From the NCBI GenBank assembly GCA_964524105.1, contig CAZGBX010000003.1, positions 1 through 59,923 of the forward strand: a stretch of 59,923 nt of DNA, read 5' to 3'. The notes below the pieces were generated by a model. The model was not told the origin of the DNA. It worked only from the letters and a program-made list of their open reading frames with translations, and did no database searches. This DNA is from Candidatus Woesearchaeota archaeon. Lineage in GTDB: Archaea > Nanobdellota > Nanobdellia > SCGC-AAA011-G17 > GW2011-AR18. Each line of letters begins with the position of its first letter. Positions within the stretch are counted from its first letter, which is position 1. Below are positions 15,351-25,399 of this stretch, in pieces. A program made the position numbers and the translations under genes.

Positions 15351-17006
15351 TTATATTAAACCAAATGCTTTGAAAATGACAATGTACCAGGGTAACTCCT
15401 TAACTAAGATAGGAAAGTCTTGTTCTAAATTGTAAGGGGCATTACTCTCGTCTTTGTAAGTAACTCTAAGGTGGAACTTATTATTCATAAAGTCTTTACC
15501 TTGAGATTTTATTTCTACATTTTTGGAGTTTTCTAAACGATCTAAAGAAACTATTTCTCTGTTATTAATGAAAACCTTAAGGTCTTTTGCAGGTTCAACT
15601 TGTTCTAGTAAAAATTTTATTTTGAATTGTTCTTTGTAACTAGGATTTTTATTATATTCTAAGTTTTTAATCTGAACTAAAGGTGAAGATGGAATGTCTT
15701 GGACTACAAAGTTTTCATCTTGAGTTTTTATCATGCTCTCTGCTTTCTGTTTAGTAATTACTTCTCTTCCAACAGAGTAAGTTAAGTTATATTGTGATGA
15801 TTGATGGAACATATCTTCAACTTCTATTGTTGTATAATACTTTGTGTAAGGTTCTAGAGTTTCTGGAATTTTGATTATCCAAAATACTGATTCTTCTGTG
15901 TGTGGTTCAAGTAGAACAGACTTGACGTTTCTTTCTGTAAGTTCAGGTGCTTTTGTTACTACAATTTTTTCAGGTAAATAGTATTTGTTATTGTTTGCTA
16001 CTTTAACTTCAATAGGGACATAACTACCTGGACCAACTGCGTCAAACAAAGGCAATACCTGAATTGATGCTAAGTTTTCAATCTTGTTACCTGTTTTTAT
16101 TAATTCAGTGTTAATGTTTATTTCTTCTGCAGAGAAATCAATTCTTCTTCCTCTCCAAAGATATTTTATTGAAGGGTCACCAGAGTCCAAAGTTGTTTTT
16201 AGTTTTATATGTGATGGGTCAACCCAACCAAATTGACCGTAAGTAACGTCAAAAGGGACCCAACCAACATCAGGAAAGTAAACTTCTGCCCAAGCGTGAG
16301 GACCCCATTCATTGTTAATGTTTGTATGAGCAACACCTGTGACGTACCTTGCTGGAACACCTAAAGATCTTGACATGGAAATGAATAAGTTAGTTAGTTC
16401 GTCACAAACACCTTCTCTATTCTCTAAAACCCAAGATGAAGGTTGTACAACATCAGCTGTTAAGGTTGATAAATCGTATTTTATATTCTGTTCAATCCAT
16501 TGTGCAAGCTTAAACTCTGCCATGAACAAATCGTTCTCATACTTTACTATTTCTCTTGCTTTGTCATGAATGTCTTTGTTAATGTCAATGTGATTGCTTG
16601 GTGATGTGAACTGTGATCTTACTTCTGTAACTGGAAATTTTATTTTTGAATCTACTGCGTGGAGAACGTTCTTAGACTTAACTGTAGATTCTAAGTTAAT
16701 TTTGAAATTACTTTGAGTAGGTTTATCCCACTTGAAAGAGATCATGTCATCTGATTTCTGATAATCATCAGTTGTTGGATTTGAAGTTGCAATTAAAGAA
16801 GTAACTTGAGAGTTATGGGATTCGTGAGGGAAAATAGTAACATTAGCTTCAATAAAATCAATTTTTGAGTCTTTTGCCATGTCATTTAATTGAAAGTTTG
16901 AGTTAAGATTAAACTTCATATCTAAAGTTTCGTAGTTGTTGTAGTCTGAAGATTGAGCTAAAGCTAAAGGCATTAAAAGTAAAAATAAAATAAGTAGTCT
17001 CTTCAT
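15351..17006 (-). CDS. Secreted transglutaminase-like (Cys-His-Asp) domain protein
   Basis: Signal peptide and core motifs GVCDELTNLF, GPHAWAEVY, GWVPFDVT. Confidence 0.8.
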   Translation of the reverse strand: MKRLLILFLLLMPLALAQSSDYNNYETLDMKFNLNSNFQLNDMAKDSKIDFIEANVTIFPHESHNSQVTSLIATSNPTTDDYQKSDDMISFKWDKPTQSNFKINLESTVKSKNVLHAVDSKIKFPVTEVRSQFTSPSNHIDINKDIHDKAREIVKYENDLFMAEFKLAQWIEQNIKYDLSTLTADVVQPSSWVLENREGVCDELTNLFISMSRSLGVPARYVTGVAHTNINNEWGPHAWAEVYFPDVGWVPFDVTYGQFGWVDPSHIKLKTTLDSGDPSIKYLWRGRRIDFSAEEININTELIKTGNKIENLASIQVLPLFDAVGPGSYVPIEVKVANNNKYYLPEKIVVTKAPELTERNVKSVLLEPHTEESVFWIIKIPETLEPYTKYYTTIEVEDMFHQSSQYNLTYSVGREVITKQKAESMIKTQDENFVVQDIPSSPLVQIKNLEYNKNPSYKEQFKIKFLLEQVEPAKDLKVFINNREIVSLDRLENSKNVEIKSQGKDFMNNKFHLRVTYKDESNAPYNLEQDFPILVKELPWYIVIFKAFGLI

Positions 17007-17035
17007 GTAGAGACTTTAGAATTTTTGTCTTTATA

Positions 17036-17746
17036 TTAGTTTGGAATTGCTGGAGGTGCACCTGCACCTTCGTTACCTAATGAACAAGCGTTTTCAGTGT
17101 GTACAGCGAAACCTTGACCAACCATGTTTTTCATTTGTTCAGTATTCTTTGCTGCCCAGTTTTGTGCATTAGTATCCCAATGGAAGATTTTATCAAAGTC
17201 ACAGTCACCAAAACCATATTCTCCAGTTGACATTTCAATCGGAACTACAATGAAGTTCCAACCTGCTTTGTAATTTGCATTTGGAGCATCTTCAAGTCTA
17301 TTAGGTTCAACGTAATGGTTTACAATAATATCTTCTGTGAAGTAAGCCCAGTGACCTGCTAAGTTCATCAGCATTTCGCTGTTGTAATTGTTATGCATTT
17401 CCCTTTGTAGTTCGTTTAGATCTGCTACACCAGAGAATTTAACCTCGTCACCTAAGTCTCTAAATCCAATGTAATTGTTTGATAATGGTAAGTACATAAA
17501 CTTCCAAGACCTTCTCCATTGTTGCATTGCTGCTGGATCGTTGTAATCTTCACCATCGTAAATACTGAAATATGTAGTGGATAAGGGGATTATGTTCCAA
17601 CCTTCTTTGTAATGAACCGGGACTTTGGTCATTTTAAACGTCTCTTCAGCAAATTTGTTTGGCCTAACTTCAACTGTGTCAAAAGCACTAACAAAAAATA
17701 CTGAAACTAGCATTAAGCAAGTTATGATCAGGAATATTTTTTTCAT
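17036..17746 (-). CDS. Secreted protein, unknown function
   Basis: Signal peptide MKKIFLIITCLMLVSVFFVSA; Trp/Asn/Tyr-rich mature part. Confidence 0.55.
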   Translation of the reverse strand: MKKIFLIITCLMLVSVFFVSAFDTVEVRPNKFAEETFKMTKVPVHYKEGWNIIPLSTTYFSIYDGEDYNDPAAMQQWRRSWKFMYLPLSNNYIGFRDLGDEVKFSGVADLNELQREMHNNYNSEMLMNLAGHWAYFTEDIIVNHYVEPNRLEDAPNANYKAGWNFIVVPIEMSTGEYGFGDCDFDKIFHWDTNAQNWAAKNTEQMKNMVGQGFAVHTENACSLGNEGAGAPPAIPN

Positions 17747-17791
17747 ATCTTATTTTGTCCTATGAAATTATTTAAAAGTTGCTATTCTGAG

Positions 17792-18439
17792 TTATTTGTT
17801 CTTTTTCATAACTTCATTTAATTTACTTAGGGCTTTTGTAGCGTCTTTTTCTTTAATTAGAAATATTGATTCAGACATAGTTTCAATTAAATCAATAATT
17901 GTTATGTTTTCCCAGGCAAGCGCTTTAGTAAGTAAAAATAAGTTTCCAGGTAAGTCTATAAGTTCATCAGAATATTTTAGTGCGATACTTACTAGATTTT
18001 TATCTTCTCTAATGATTTCTTCATCTTCTAGCATATCTCTTACTTTATCAGCATATCCTGAGTTTGTAATAATCGCCATTTGATAGTTTCCTTGAACTGT
18101 ATGGAGGACCCCACCTGACTTGAAATCAATTATTCTTCGAATTTTGTCAACCCTTGAAAATATTGTGTTTGATTTTGTCACTGTAAACATATGAAGGTTG
18201 GTTTTTAGGTTTGCTTCTGCATTAGGACCGTAATTTATTTTTTTCTTTGTGATTTTACTTAGATTTTCTTGGTACCTTCTAAGTGCCATAATAACTGAAG
18301 TGGATTTTATCTTCGGATCTAAGTCTTTTTTAATTAGTTCAGCAAGAGCAGAATAATTAATAATTTCCAGTCTAAGAGCTTCTTGGAGAAAGGGTTTGTT
18401 TTTTAGGTATTCTTTCACTTGTTTTGTTATTTTTGACAT
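17792..18439 (-). CDS. Hypothetical regulator-like protein (N-terminal HTH-like, C-terminal ACT-like; tentative)
   Basis: The start is probably MSKITKQ at 18439. No strong motif. Confidence 0.45.
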   Translation of the reverse strand: MSKITKQVKEYLKNKPFLQEALRLEIINYSALAELIKKDLDPKIKSTSVIMALRRYQENLSKITKKKINYGPNAEANLKTNLHMFTVTKSNTIFSRVDKIRRIIDFKSGGVLHTVQGNYQMAIITNSGYADKVRDMLEDEEIIREDKNLVSIALKYSDELIDLPGNLFLLTKALAWENITIIDLIETMSESIFLIKEKDATKALSKLNEVMKKNK

Positions 18440-18506
18440 TTTTCTTTTTAGATGTATAATATTACACATAATGTTTATATACTTTCCTGTTTCCTAAATC
18501 TTGAAA

Positions 18507-19127
18507 ATGACAGATAAATTGTATATTCAAGACTCTTATGTGAAGGAATTTGAAGCCAGGGTAGAGGACATCAAAGGAAATAAAGTGTCCTTAGATAGAA
18601 CACATTTCTTTATTCAAGGTTCTGGACAGTCAGGTGATTCTGGAAAAATAGGTGGAATAAAAGTTATTGATACGCAGAAAGGAGGGTGGCATATTCTTGT
18701 AAAAGAACCAGATTTTTCTATAGGGGACACAGTTCAATGTAAAATTAATTGGGATAGGAGATATCCAACAATGAGGATTCATTCAGGGGTACATTTTGTA
18801 GAACACTTTCAGGATAAGCTTGTTGGGAAGGCCCCAATGTTGAAGACAAATGTGAATCATAAAAAAGACTTGACTGATTATAAAATGGAAATGCCAAATG
18901 AAGAAATACAAAAGAAGATCGAAGATGCAGCAAACGAGATGATTGCAAAAAATATTGATATTAATATTTGGGTGGATGACTCTGGTTATAGACATTGGGA
19001 TTGTGATGAAATAAAAATGGGTTGTACTGGAACCCATGTTAAAAATACAAGTGAAATTGGAAAGATTAAAGTGAGTTATACTCAGAAAGCACCAGGAGTA
19101 GTAAGAGTTGAAACAACTTTAGCTTAA
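18507..19127 (+). CDS. alaX: AlaX-type alanyl-tRNA editing protein
   Basis: Zn-binding motifs HSGVHFVEH (HxxxH) and GCTGTHV (CxxxH). Confidence 0.8.
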   Translation: MTDKLYIQDSYVKEFEARVEDIKGNKVSLDRTHFFIQGSGQSGDSGKIGGIKVIDTQKGGWHILVKEPDFSIGDTVQCKINWDRRYPTMRIHSGVHFVEHFQDKLVGKAPMLKTNVNHKKDLTDYKMEMPNEEIQKKIEDAANEMIAKNIDINIWVDDSGYRHWDCDEIKMGCTGTHVKNTSEIGKIKVSYTQKAPGVVRVETTLA

Positions 19128-20816
19128 TTATTTTCTTCTAAACATCTTTTCTAGTTCATCTTTTGTGACAGTAATGATTATTTCCCTACCATGTGGACAA
19201 GTATAAGGTAAAGTACACTTGTCTAATTCGTAGAGTAGTTTCTGAATTTGTGGTGTTGAGCATTCATCTCCTGCTTTAATTGAGTTTACACAAGCTAGTT
19301 TTGTTAGGATTTCTTCTTTTATTTTGTCTAATGGTTTTCTTAAGTTGTTTATGATTTCTAAGATTAGTTCTTTAGGTTGGACTCTTGAGAAAATAGAAGG
19401 GACTGTTCTTATTATGAATTCATTATTACCAAATTCTTCAACTTGGAAACCTAGTTTGTTTATTTCTTCTAAGTTTTGTTTAAGTTTTATTGCAAGTTCT
19501 GGTTTTAGTTCTAAGACTTGAGGTGATAGAAGCTCTTGAGTTGCAATTTCGTCTTCCATCATTTCTTTCATGAACTTTTCGTAAAGAACTCTTTCTTGAA
19601 CAATGTGTTGGTCAATTATGAGTAAACCTTCTGGAGATTCTGCTAAGAAGAAAGTTTTGAATACCTGGCCCAGGATTTTCATGTCTGGTAATTGATGAGT
19701 TTCTTCTTTTATCTCTTGAATTGTCCCTTGAAGTTGTTCTGTGGTTATTGTAGGAAGAGATTTTTTGTAAGGTGTGGGTTTATGGAAGTTGAAAGTTTTT
19801 TGAGTTTCTGAAAGAGTTTTTGTGTCAAAGAGGTTATGGCCTTCTAAAGTTGTTCTTATTGCTTTATAGACTTCTTCGTAGAATAAATTATCTTGAGTTA
19901 TTTTTATTAGTTCCTTTGCAGGATGTACGTTAACATCAATTAGTGTTGGATCGATTTCTATATCTAAGATTATTATGGGGTGTTTTCCTACAAAAAGTAA
20001 AGAATGGTATGCGTCATGTATTGCTTTAGATATTGTTTGGTTCTTGATGTATCTTTTATTGATGAAAAATGATTGGTCTGATCTGTCTGATCTTACAGTC
20101 GAAGGTTTTGAAATAAATCCTTTTACTTTTATGAACTTACTTTCGTAATTAACTTCTATTAATTTCTTTATTGTTTCTGTACCATATATTGCTGCTAAGT
20201 TGAAAAGTAAGCTTTTGTTTTTTGGAGAGTTAAAAATCTCTTGATTATTGTGTGTTAGTTTGAAGTGAATATGGTTGTTGATTATTGCGTACCTTGTAAT
20301 AACTGTGATTATTTTTTGTAATTCTACTAAATCTGATTTTAGGAACTTTAGTCTTGCAGGCGTGTTAAAGAATAAATCTTTTATTTCTATTATTGTTCCG
20401 TCTTGCGAACCAATGGTAGATTCTTTTAGTAATTTTCCTCCAGCGACCGCTATAATATTTCCTTCTAAATTGTCCTTTTGCTTAGTAATTATTGACAATT
20501 GAGAAACTGCTGCAATAGAAGATAGTGCTTCACCCCTGAAACCCAAAGTTTGAACTTTAAGTAAGTCCATTTCATTTGAGATTTTTGAAGTTGCGTGCCT
20601 TTCAATACAAAGTTTAAGGTCTTCTTTAGTCATGCCAACTCCATTGTCTGTTATTTTGATCAAATCTTTTCCAGAATTGTTTATGTTAATTGTGATTTCA
20701 GTTGCTTTTGCGTCGATAGAGTTTTCTATTAATTCTTTAACTACTGATGCAGGCCTTTCTATTACTTCTCCAGCTGCAATTTTGTTTACTGTTTTTTCAT
20801 CTAGGATTTGTATCAT
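19128..20816 (-). CDS. mutL: DNA mismatch repair endonuclease MutL
   Basis: GHKL ATPase N-terminus (AGEVIERPASVVKELIENSIDA, DNGVGM). Endonuclease motif DQHIVQERVLYE fits DQHAx2Ex4E; CPHGR is also present. Confidence 0.9.
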   Translation of the reverse strand: MIQILDEKTVNKIAAGEVIERPASVVKELIENSIDAKATEITININNSGKDLIKITDNGVGMTKEDLKLCIERHATSKISNEMDLLKVQTLGFRGEALSSIAAVSQLSIITKQKDNLEGNIIAVAGGKLLKESTIGSQDGTIIEIKDLFFNTPARLKFLKSDLVELQKIITVITRYAIINNHIHFKLTHNNQEIFNSPKNKSLLFNLAAIYGTETIKKLIEVNYESKFIKVKGFISKPSTVRSDRSDQSFFINKRYIKNQTISKAIHDAYHSLLFVGKHPIIILDIEIDPTLIDVNVHPAKELIKITQDNLFYEEVYKAIRTTLEGHNLFDTKTLSETQKTFNFHKPTPYKKSLPTITTEQLQGTIQEIKEETHQLPDMKILGQVFKTFFLAESPEGLLIIDQHIVQERVLYEKFMKEMMEDEIATQELLSPQVLELKPELAIKLKQNLEEINKLGFQVEEFGNNEFIIRTVPSIFSRVQPKELILEIINNLRKPLDKIKEEILTKLACVNSIKAGDECSTPQIQKLLYELDKCTLPYTCPHGREIIITVTKDELEKMFRRK

Positions 20817-23800
20817 AGTAATCTTTCCTGTGAATCTTCTATCTTTTTTGTTCTGATTCTTTCTTTGATTTGGTCTTCAGATTCTATTTCTTTTTGAACT
20901 TCCTTAGCTCTTTCAATAACTTTTTCAGGTAAACCTGCAAGTTTTGCAACGTGAACACCGTAACTCTTATCTGTACCACCTGTGATTAATTTCCTGAGGA
21001 AAATTATTTCGTTATCTTCTTCTTTAACTGCAATGTTATAATTTTTTATGTACTCTAATTCATTTGTTAGTTTGTTTAGGATGTGATAATGAGTTGCAAA
21101 TAATGTCTTTGCTTTGATGTTGTTGTGGATGAATTCTGCAACTGACCAAGCTATTGCAACACCATCAAAAGTTGAAGTCCCTCTTCCGATTTCATCTAAT
21201 ATAATTAACGATTTGTCTGTTGCATTATTAAGGATATTTGCTGTTTCTGACATTTCTAGCATGAATGTGGATTGTCCCATAGTTAAGTCATCATGAGCTC
21301 CGACTCTTGTGAAAATTCTGTCTGTGAGAGGGGTTGTGGCTTGTTCAGAAGGTATGAAACTTCCAATTTGCGCCATTAAAACGTTTAACGCAACTTGTCT
21401 CATGACTGTAGAATTATGGTTTATTAAACCATTGGCAGTAAATGAATGGCTTTGGGGTACAGTGAAATCAAAAACATCTTTTTTCAATGTAGATTTAGTA
21501 ATAGAAATAATTTTATCGTAGTGATAATTATTATTTTTTATTAAGGTTAATTCTTGACATCCTACTTCATTTTCTAAGCAGTATTTGATTAACTCTTTTA
21601 GTTTATTGTATGAGATATTTCTTTTGTTAGGTAAATAAGTATAGAAAATTGAATTTATGTCCTTCCTTTTTTTAAGAGCAATATTCTTATCCTTTTTCTC
21701 CATGATCCTTTTCTGTATGGATTTGAGAATCCCCTCTAAATGGGGAATGCCATAGTTAGGCATTCTTGTATTAGAGATTAACTTTTTTCTTATAAGTTTT
21801 CTTGAGACCTTAACACCAATTCTATTGTGGAATTTTATTGCGTTTTCCCCATAAATGCCAATAATATAGTTTATTTCTCGGGGGGTCTTTTTGATTTTAA
21901 GAGAGCTAATAATACCAAAATTTAAGAGGATACAATGAACTTGCCTTGCAAGTTTTTTTGAGGATGTGGATAGGCTTGGAGACCCATACCTATTATCTAA
22001 AGTTCCATCAGTATCAAATAATCCCTGTAAAAATGATTTAACATATTTCTTAGGCGAGTGAAGAATACAGTAGGGAATTTCCTTATTTGTACTTCTTAAG
22101 TAGTCTAACCCGATTTTTTCAAAAAATAATCTTATCCTTTTACTAGAAATAACAAAATCGTTTTTATTTGGTTTTTTAGAAACTTTTGCTCTGAATTTTT
22201 CCCAAATTATTTTTTTAAAATCCCTTACAATTTCCGGATCATTATTTGAAAGGGCCAACCCATTTTTGTAAGTTAGTGTTCCATCCCCAATTAATAGTCC
22301 AATAAGATATGAAATATCTAGATCTAACTTTTTCGGGAGGGGATATTTTTTGATTTTATTATTATAATTGTAATTTTTGACTTCTTTTATTAGATTTGTG
22401 GGGAATCTGGTTTTTGATCCCCAGAGATTTATTTTTCGATTAATGATAATGAAGTCATCTTTCTTAATTTTACCAAGTTTTTTCCAAACTTCTTGTCCTT
22501 TATTATCTCGCACTAAAATTGGGTGGTTTTCAGTCCCTTCAATTTCATATCCGAACTTGGTTTGTATCTTAATTGTTTCTTTTTTACCATTATAGTAGAT
22601 GTGAGAGGTTTTTTCTTTCCCATTTTTCCCAACAATTGTTTTGTTGAATGCTTTAAACTCGTTAGCTTTTATTCCTGGCGGTACAATTTTTTTGAATTCT
22701 ACCATTCCCATTTCAGTATAAATTAAAGACTCACCAGTAACACATTTTCCTGCCATGTTGGGACCAGTGATAACCATAACTTCGTTTTTGTTTAGATGGA
22801 TATTGTTTGGGATGAAGTTGTCTACCATTTGTTCAACAACAGGGTGCCTACAATCTTTTAGTTCTAGTAATGGTTCTTCTGTTATTGAAGGTTTTGTGTA
22901 ATTGTTGTTTGAAGCTATAGTTGCGAATGAGATCAAACAATCTATAGTTGCTATTTTGTTTGCAATGTCTTGGATCTTTTGAGTATATTTTTGAGTCTCT
23001 TGGATGATACTTTGGAAGATGTCAGATTCTAAAGCGTGAATTTTTTCTTGGGAGTTAAGAATCTTTTCTTCAATTTCTTTTAAATCTGGAGTTACGTACC
23101 TCTCTGCGTTAACTAAAGTTTGTTTTCTTATGTAATCTTCAGGAACTAAATGTAAGTTTCCTTTTGACACTTCAATAAAATAACCAAATACTTTGTTGAA
23201 CTTTATTCTTAAGTGTTTGATATTAGTTCTGTTTTTTTCTTTTTGTTCTATCTCTAAAATTATTTGTTTTGAGTTTGACCTTATGTCATGAAGTTCTTTT
23301 AACTTTTCGTTATATTCAGGTTTTATCATACCACCTTCACGAATTGTCATAGGAGGATTTTCCACAATTGTTTCAGAGAGTAGTTTTTTTAAATTGTCTA
23401 AAGTGTCTATTTCTGCTATTTTGCTTAGCAAATCTGTTGATTTAGGTGTTTTTTCTTTTAAATAAGGAAGTTGTTGTAATGACAAGTTTAATGATAATAA
23501 ATCTCTTGCGTTTGCGTTACCATAATTTATTCTTGAAATTAATCTTTCTAAATCATTAATCTGTTTCAAAATATTAATTATTTCGTCTTTTAAAACTGGA
23601 TCTAAAGTGAAAACTTCCACTGAGTTTAATCTTTCTTCAATTTTTGTTTTGTTAAGTAAAGGTTGTTGTAACCATTTCTTTAGCATCCTTGTACCTAAAG
23701 ATGTTGAGGTTTTGTCTAAAACCGAAAGTAAAGTCCCTCTTGAAGTATTGTCTTTAATATTTCTAATAATTTCTAAGTTTCTTAAAGTAGTAGAATCTAA

Positions 23801-24589
23801 AACCATGTGTTCTTGCAAATGAAGTTTTTTTAAGTTCTTTAGGTGATTTAATTCATTAAACTGAGTTTCTTGTAAGTAACTTAAAAGAGCACCAGAAGTT
23901 GAGATTTCTAAATTCTCTTTAATACCAAAACCTTCTAAGTTAAAAATTTTAAAGTGCGTAAGTAACTTTTTTTGTGCGTTATCAGTTTTAAAGTGTCTAT
24001 CATCATAAGCAGTATAATATACATCATGTTTTTTTATTATTTCTATTACGTCTCTGTTAACTGTCAATGACAATGGTAAAATAATTTCTTTAGGTTGAAA
24101 CTGAGCTAGTTGAGTATTGAGGTCTTCTTCTTTAGTTGAAAAAGTGAAAAACTCTCCTGTTGACATGTCAGAGAAAGTGAATGCAATTTTGTTGTCTTTT
24201 TGGTTTAAGCTTGCAATGTAATTGTTAGATTTTTCATCCAGCATGGTTTGATCTATTAAAGTTCCAGGAGTAACTATCCTTGTGACGTCCCTTTTTACAA
24301 TTCCTTTTGCTAGTTTTGGGTCTTCAACTTGTTCGCAAATCGCAACCTTGATGTTGTTCTTTACTAACTTTGCTAAGTAAGGTTCTAGTGCGTGATAAGG
24401 AATTCCTGCTAAAGGTGCTCTGCCTTCTCCTTTTCCTCTTGCTGTTAATGTGATCTCTAGAACTTCTGCTGCTTTTTTTGCGTCCTCGTAGAAAGTCTCG
24501 TAGAAATCTCCCATTCTGAACAATAGAAGACAGTCTGGGTACTTATCTTTGAAATACATGTATTGCTTCATAGCTGGAGTAAGAGGCAT
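20813..24589 (-). CDS. mutS: DNA mismatch repair protein MutS (MutS1-type), interrupted by an intein
   Basis: GDFYETF mismatch-binding motif. Walker A is split as GPNMAGK / ST, and Walker B is LIILDEIGRGTST. 4-nt overlap with mutL. Confidence 0.9.
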   Translation of the reverse strand: MPLTPAMKQYMYFKDKYPDCLLLFRMGDFYETFYEDAKKAAEVLEITLTARGKGEGRAPLAGIPYHALEPYLAKLVKNNIKVAICEQVEDPKLAKGIVKRDVTRIVTPGTLIDQTMLDEKSNNYIASLNQKDNKIAFTFSDMSTGEFFTFSTKEEDLNTQLAQFQPKEIILPLSLTVNRDVIEIIKKHDVYYTAYDDRHFKTDNAQKKLLTHFKIFNLEGFGIKENLEISTSGALLSYLQETQFNELNHLKNLKKLHLQEHMVLDSTTLRNLEIIRNIKDNTSRGTLLSVLDKTSTSLGTRMLKKWLQQPLLNKTKIEERLNSVEVFTLDPVLKDEIINILKQINDLERLISRINYGNANARDLLSLNLSLQQLPYLKEKTPKSTDLLSKIAEIDTLDNLKKLLSETIVENPPMTIREGGMIKPEYNEKLKELHDIRSNSKQIILEIEQKEKNRTNIKHLRIKFNKVFGYFIEVSKGNLHLVPEDYIRKQTLVNAERYVTPDLKEIEEKILNSQEKIHALESDIFQSIIQETQKYTQKIQDIANKIATIDCLISFATIASNNNYTKPSITEEPLLELKDCRHPVVEQMVDNFIPNNIHLNKNEVMVITGPNMAGKCVTGESLIYTEMGMVEFKKIVPPGIKANEFKAFNKTIVGKNGKEKTSHIYYNGKKETIKIQTKFGYEIEGTENHPILVRDNKGQEVWKKLGKIKKDDFIIINRKINLWGSKTRFPTNLIKEVKNYNYNNKIKKYPLPKKLDLDISYLIGLLIGDGTLTYKNGLALSNNDPEIVRDFKKIIWEKFRAKVSKKPNKNDFVISSKRIRLFFEKIGLDYLRSTNKEIPYCILHSPKKYVKSFLQGLFDTDGTLDNRYGSPSLSTSSKKLARQVHCILLNFGIISSLKIKKTPREINYIIGIYGENAIKFHNRIGVKVSRKLIRKKLISNTRMPNYGIPHLEGILKSIQKRIMEKKDKNIALKKRKDINSIFYTYLPNKRNISYNKLKELIKYCLENEVGCQELTLIKNNNYHYDKIISITKSTLKKDVFDFTVPQSHSFTANGLINHNSTVMRQVALNVLMAQIGSFIPSEQATTPLTDRIFTRVGAHDDLTMGQSTFMLEMSETANILNNATDKSLIILDEIGRGTSTFDGVAIAWSVAEFIHNNIKAKTLFATHYHILNKLTNELEYIKNYNIAVKEEDNEIIFLRKLITGGTDKSYGVHVAKLAGLPEKVIERAKEVQKEIESEDQIKERIRTKKIEDSQERLL
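21413..22744 (-). mobile_element. LAGLIDADG homing-endonuclease intein within MutS (residues 616-1059)
   Basis: Starts with Cys right after GPNMAGK and ends in HN, followed by Ser (+1). Two LAGLIDADG motifs, LIGLLIGDGTL and FLQGLFDTDGTL. 1332 nt, in frame. Confidence 0.85.
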
Positions 24590-24623
24590 GGATAGAAAAT
24601 AGAGATATGATTAATTAAAATTG

Positions 24624-24713
24624 TTATTCTACGTCGTCATATTCAGGTTCTTGCTCTTCTTCCTGAACTTCTTCTTCTGAAACGAAAATTGTATCGTCGT
24701 CTTCATATCCCAT
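24624..24713 (-). CDS. Possible 29-aa highly acidic micro-ORF (MGYEDDDTIFVSEEEVQEEEQEPEYDDVE)
   Basis: ATG to TAA with a TATA-like box about 28 nt upstream; lies just upstream of the mutS promoter. Short, so it may be fortuitous. Confidence 0.2.
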   Translation of the reverse strand: MGYEDDDTIFVSEEEVQEEEQEPEYDDVE

Positions 24714-24790
24714 TGTGGGCTAGAATATGGAAAGAAAAGCTTAAAAGTGTTATGATTTGGTTTAATTCTTAAGAATTTGAGAGATATAGC

Positions 24791-25063
24791 TCATTCTTGT
24801 ATGTATTCTAGGTTATTTTCCATACATTCTTTTGCTCTTTTTAGTTCTTTTTTTAAGTATTCCAGGTGATTAGCTTTTGTGGTTAGATTGTTGTTTTCTA
24901 TCCAGTTTAGGATTTCTTCTGTATTACTTGAAGAGAATTGTTTTAGAACCTTATTTGATTTGTTTAATACCATGTCTTGGTATTTACAGAATCCTACCTC
25001 TATTTGATTTCCTTTTATTCTGATTAAAAAGTACCCTTTTGGGTCTAAAATTAGGTTATTCAT
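24791..25063 (-). CDS. Hypothetical protein (N-terminal LDPKGYFLI pattern, possibly DUF4346-like)
   Basis: 90 aa, host-like composition, 8-nt overlap with the upstream gene. Confidence 0.5.
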   Translation of the reverse strand: MNNLILDPKGYFLIRIKGNQIEVGFCKYQDMVLNKSNKVLKQFSSSNTEEILNWIENNNLTTKANHLEYLKKELKRAKECMENNLEYIQE

Positions 25064-25364
25064 AGTGTTTTTTTAGCTCCCCTAAGATTTTATTAACGTT
25101 TTGCTGGTCTTTTTTTGAGAATTTTTGAGGTGATGTGACGAAAGTGTCCCTGTATAAGGTTGCTATTGCCTTGTCTTTATAGCTTAATACTAGATGAGTA
25201 GGGATTCCTTTGGTTTCTGGGGGTTCTAGAAGGTCGATTTTTCTGCACTTTAGTTCCATGGATTGTTTGACTCTCATAGCTTCGAAAGCTGCGATCTGTT
25301 CATGGGTTAATGAGTTTGAAGGTTCTTCTTCTTTATGAGAAAATAGTTTTTTGAACAAATTCAT
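25056..25364 (-). CDS. Hypothetical protein
   Basis: 102 aa, host-like composition. Second gene of the operon driven by the conserved-element promoter. Confidence 0.5.
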   Translation of the reverse strand: MNLFKKLFSHKEEEPSNSLTHEQIAAFEAMRVKQSMELKCRKIDLLEPPETKGIPTHLVLSYKDKAIATLYRDTFVTSPQKFSKKDQQNVNKILGELKKHYE

Positions 25365-25399
25365 AAGAAAAGAATAAAAAAAGAGAAATATAAAGGTTT

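Noticed and set aside
20813-24589. The large size of MutS (1258 aa) as evidence for a MutS2/Smr fusion or a novel domain.
   Set aside because: The excess length is fully explained by the 444-aa intein. The extein (814 aa) is a normal MutS1.
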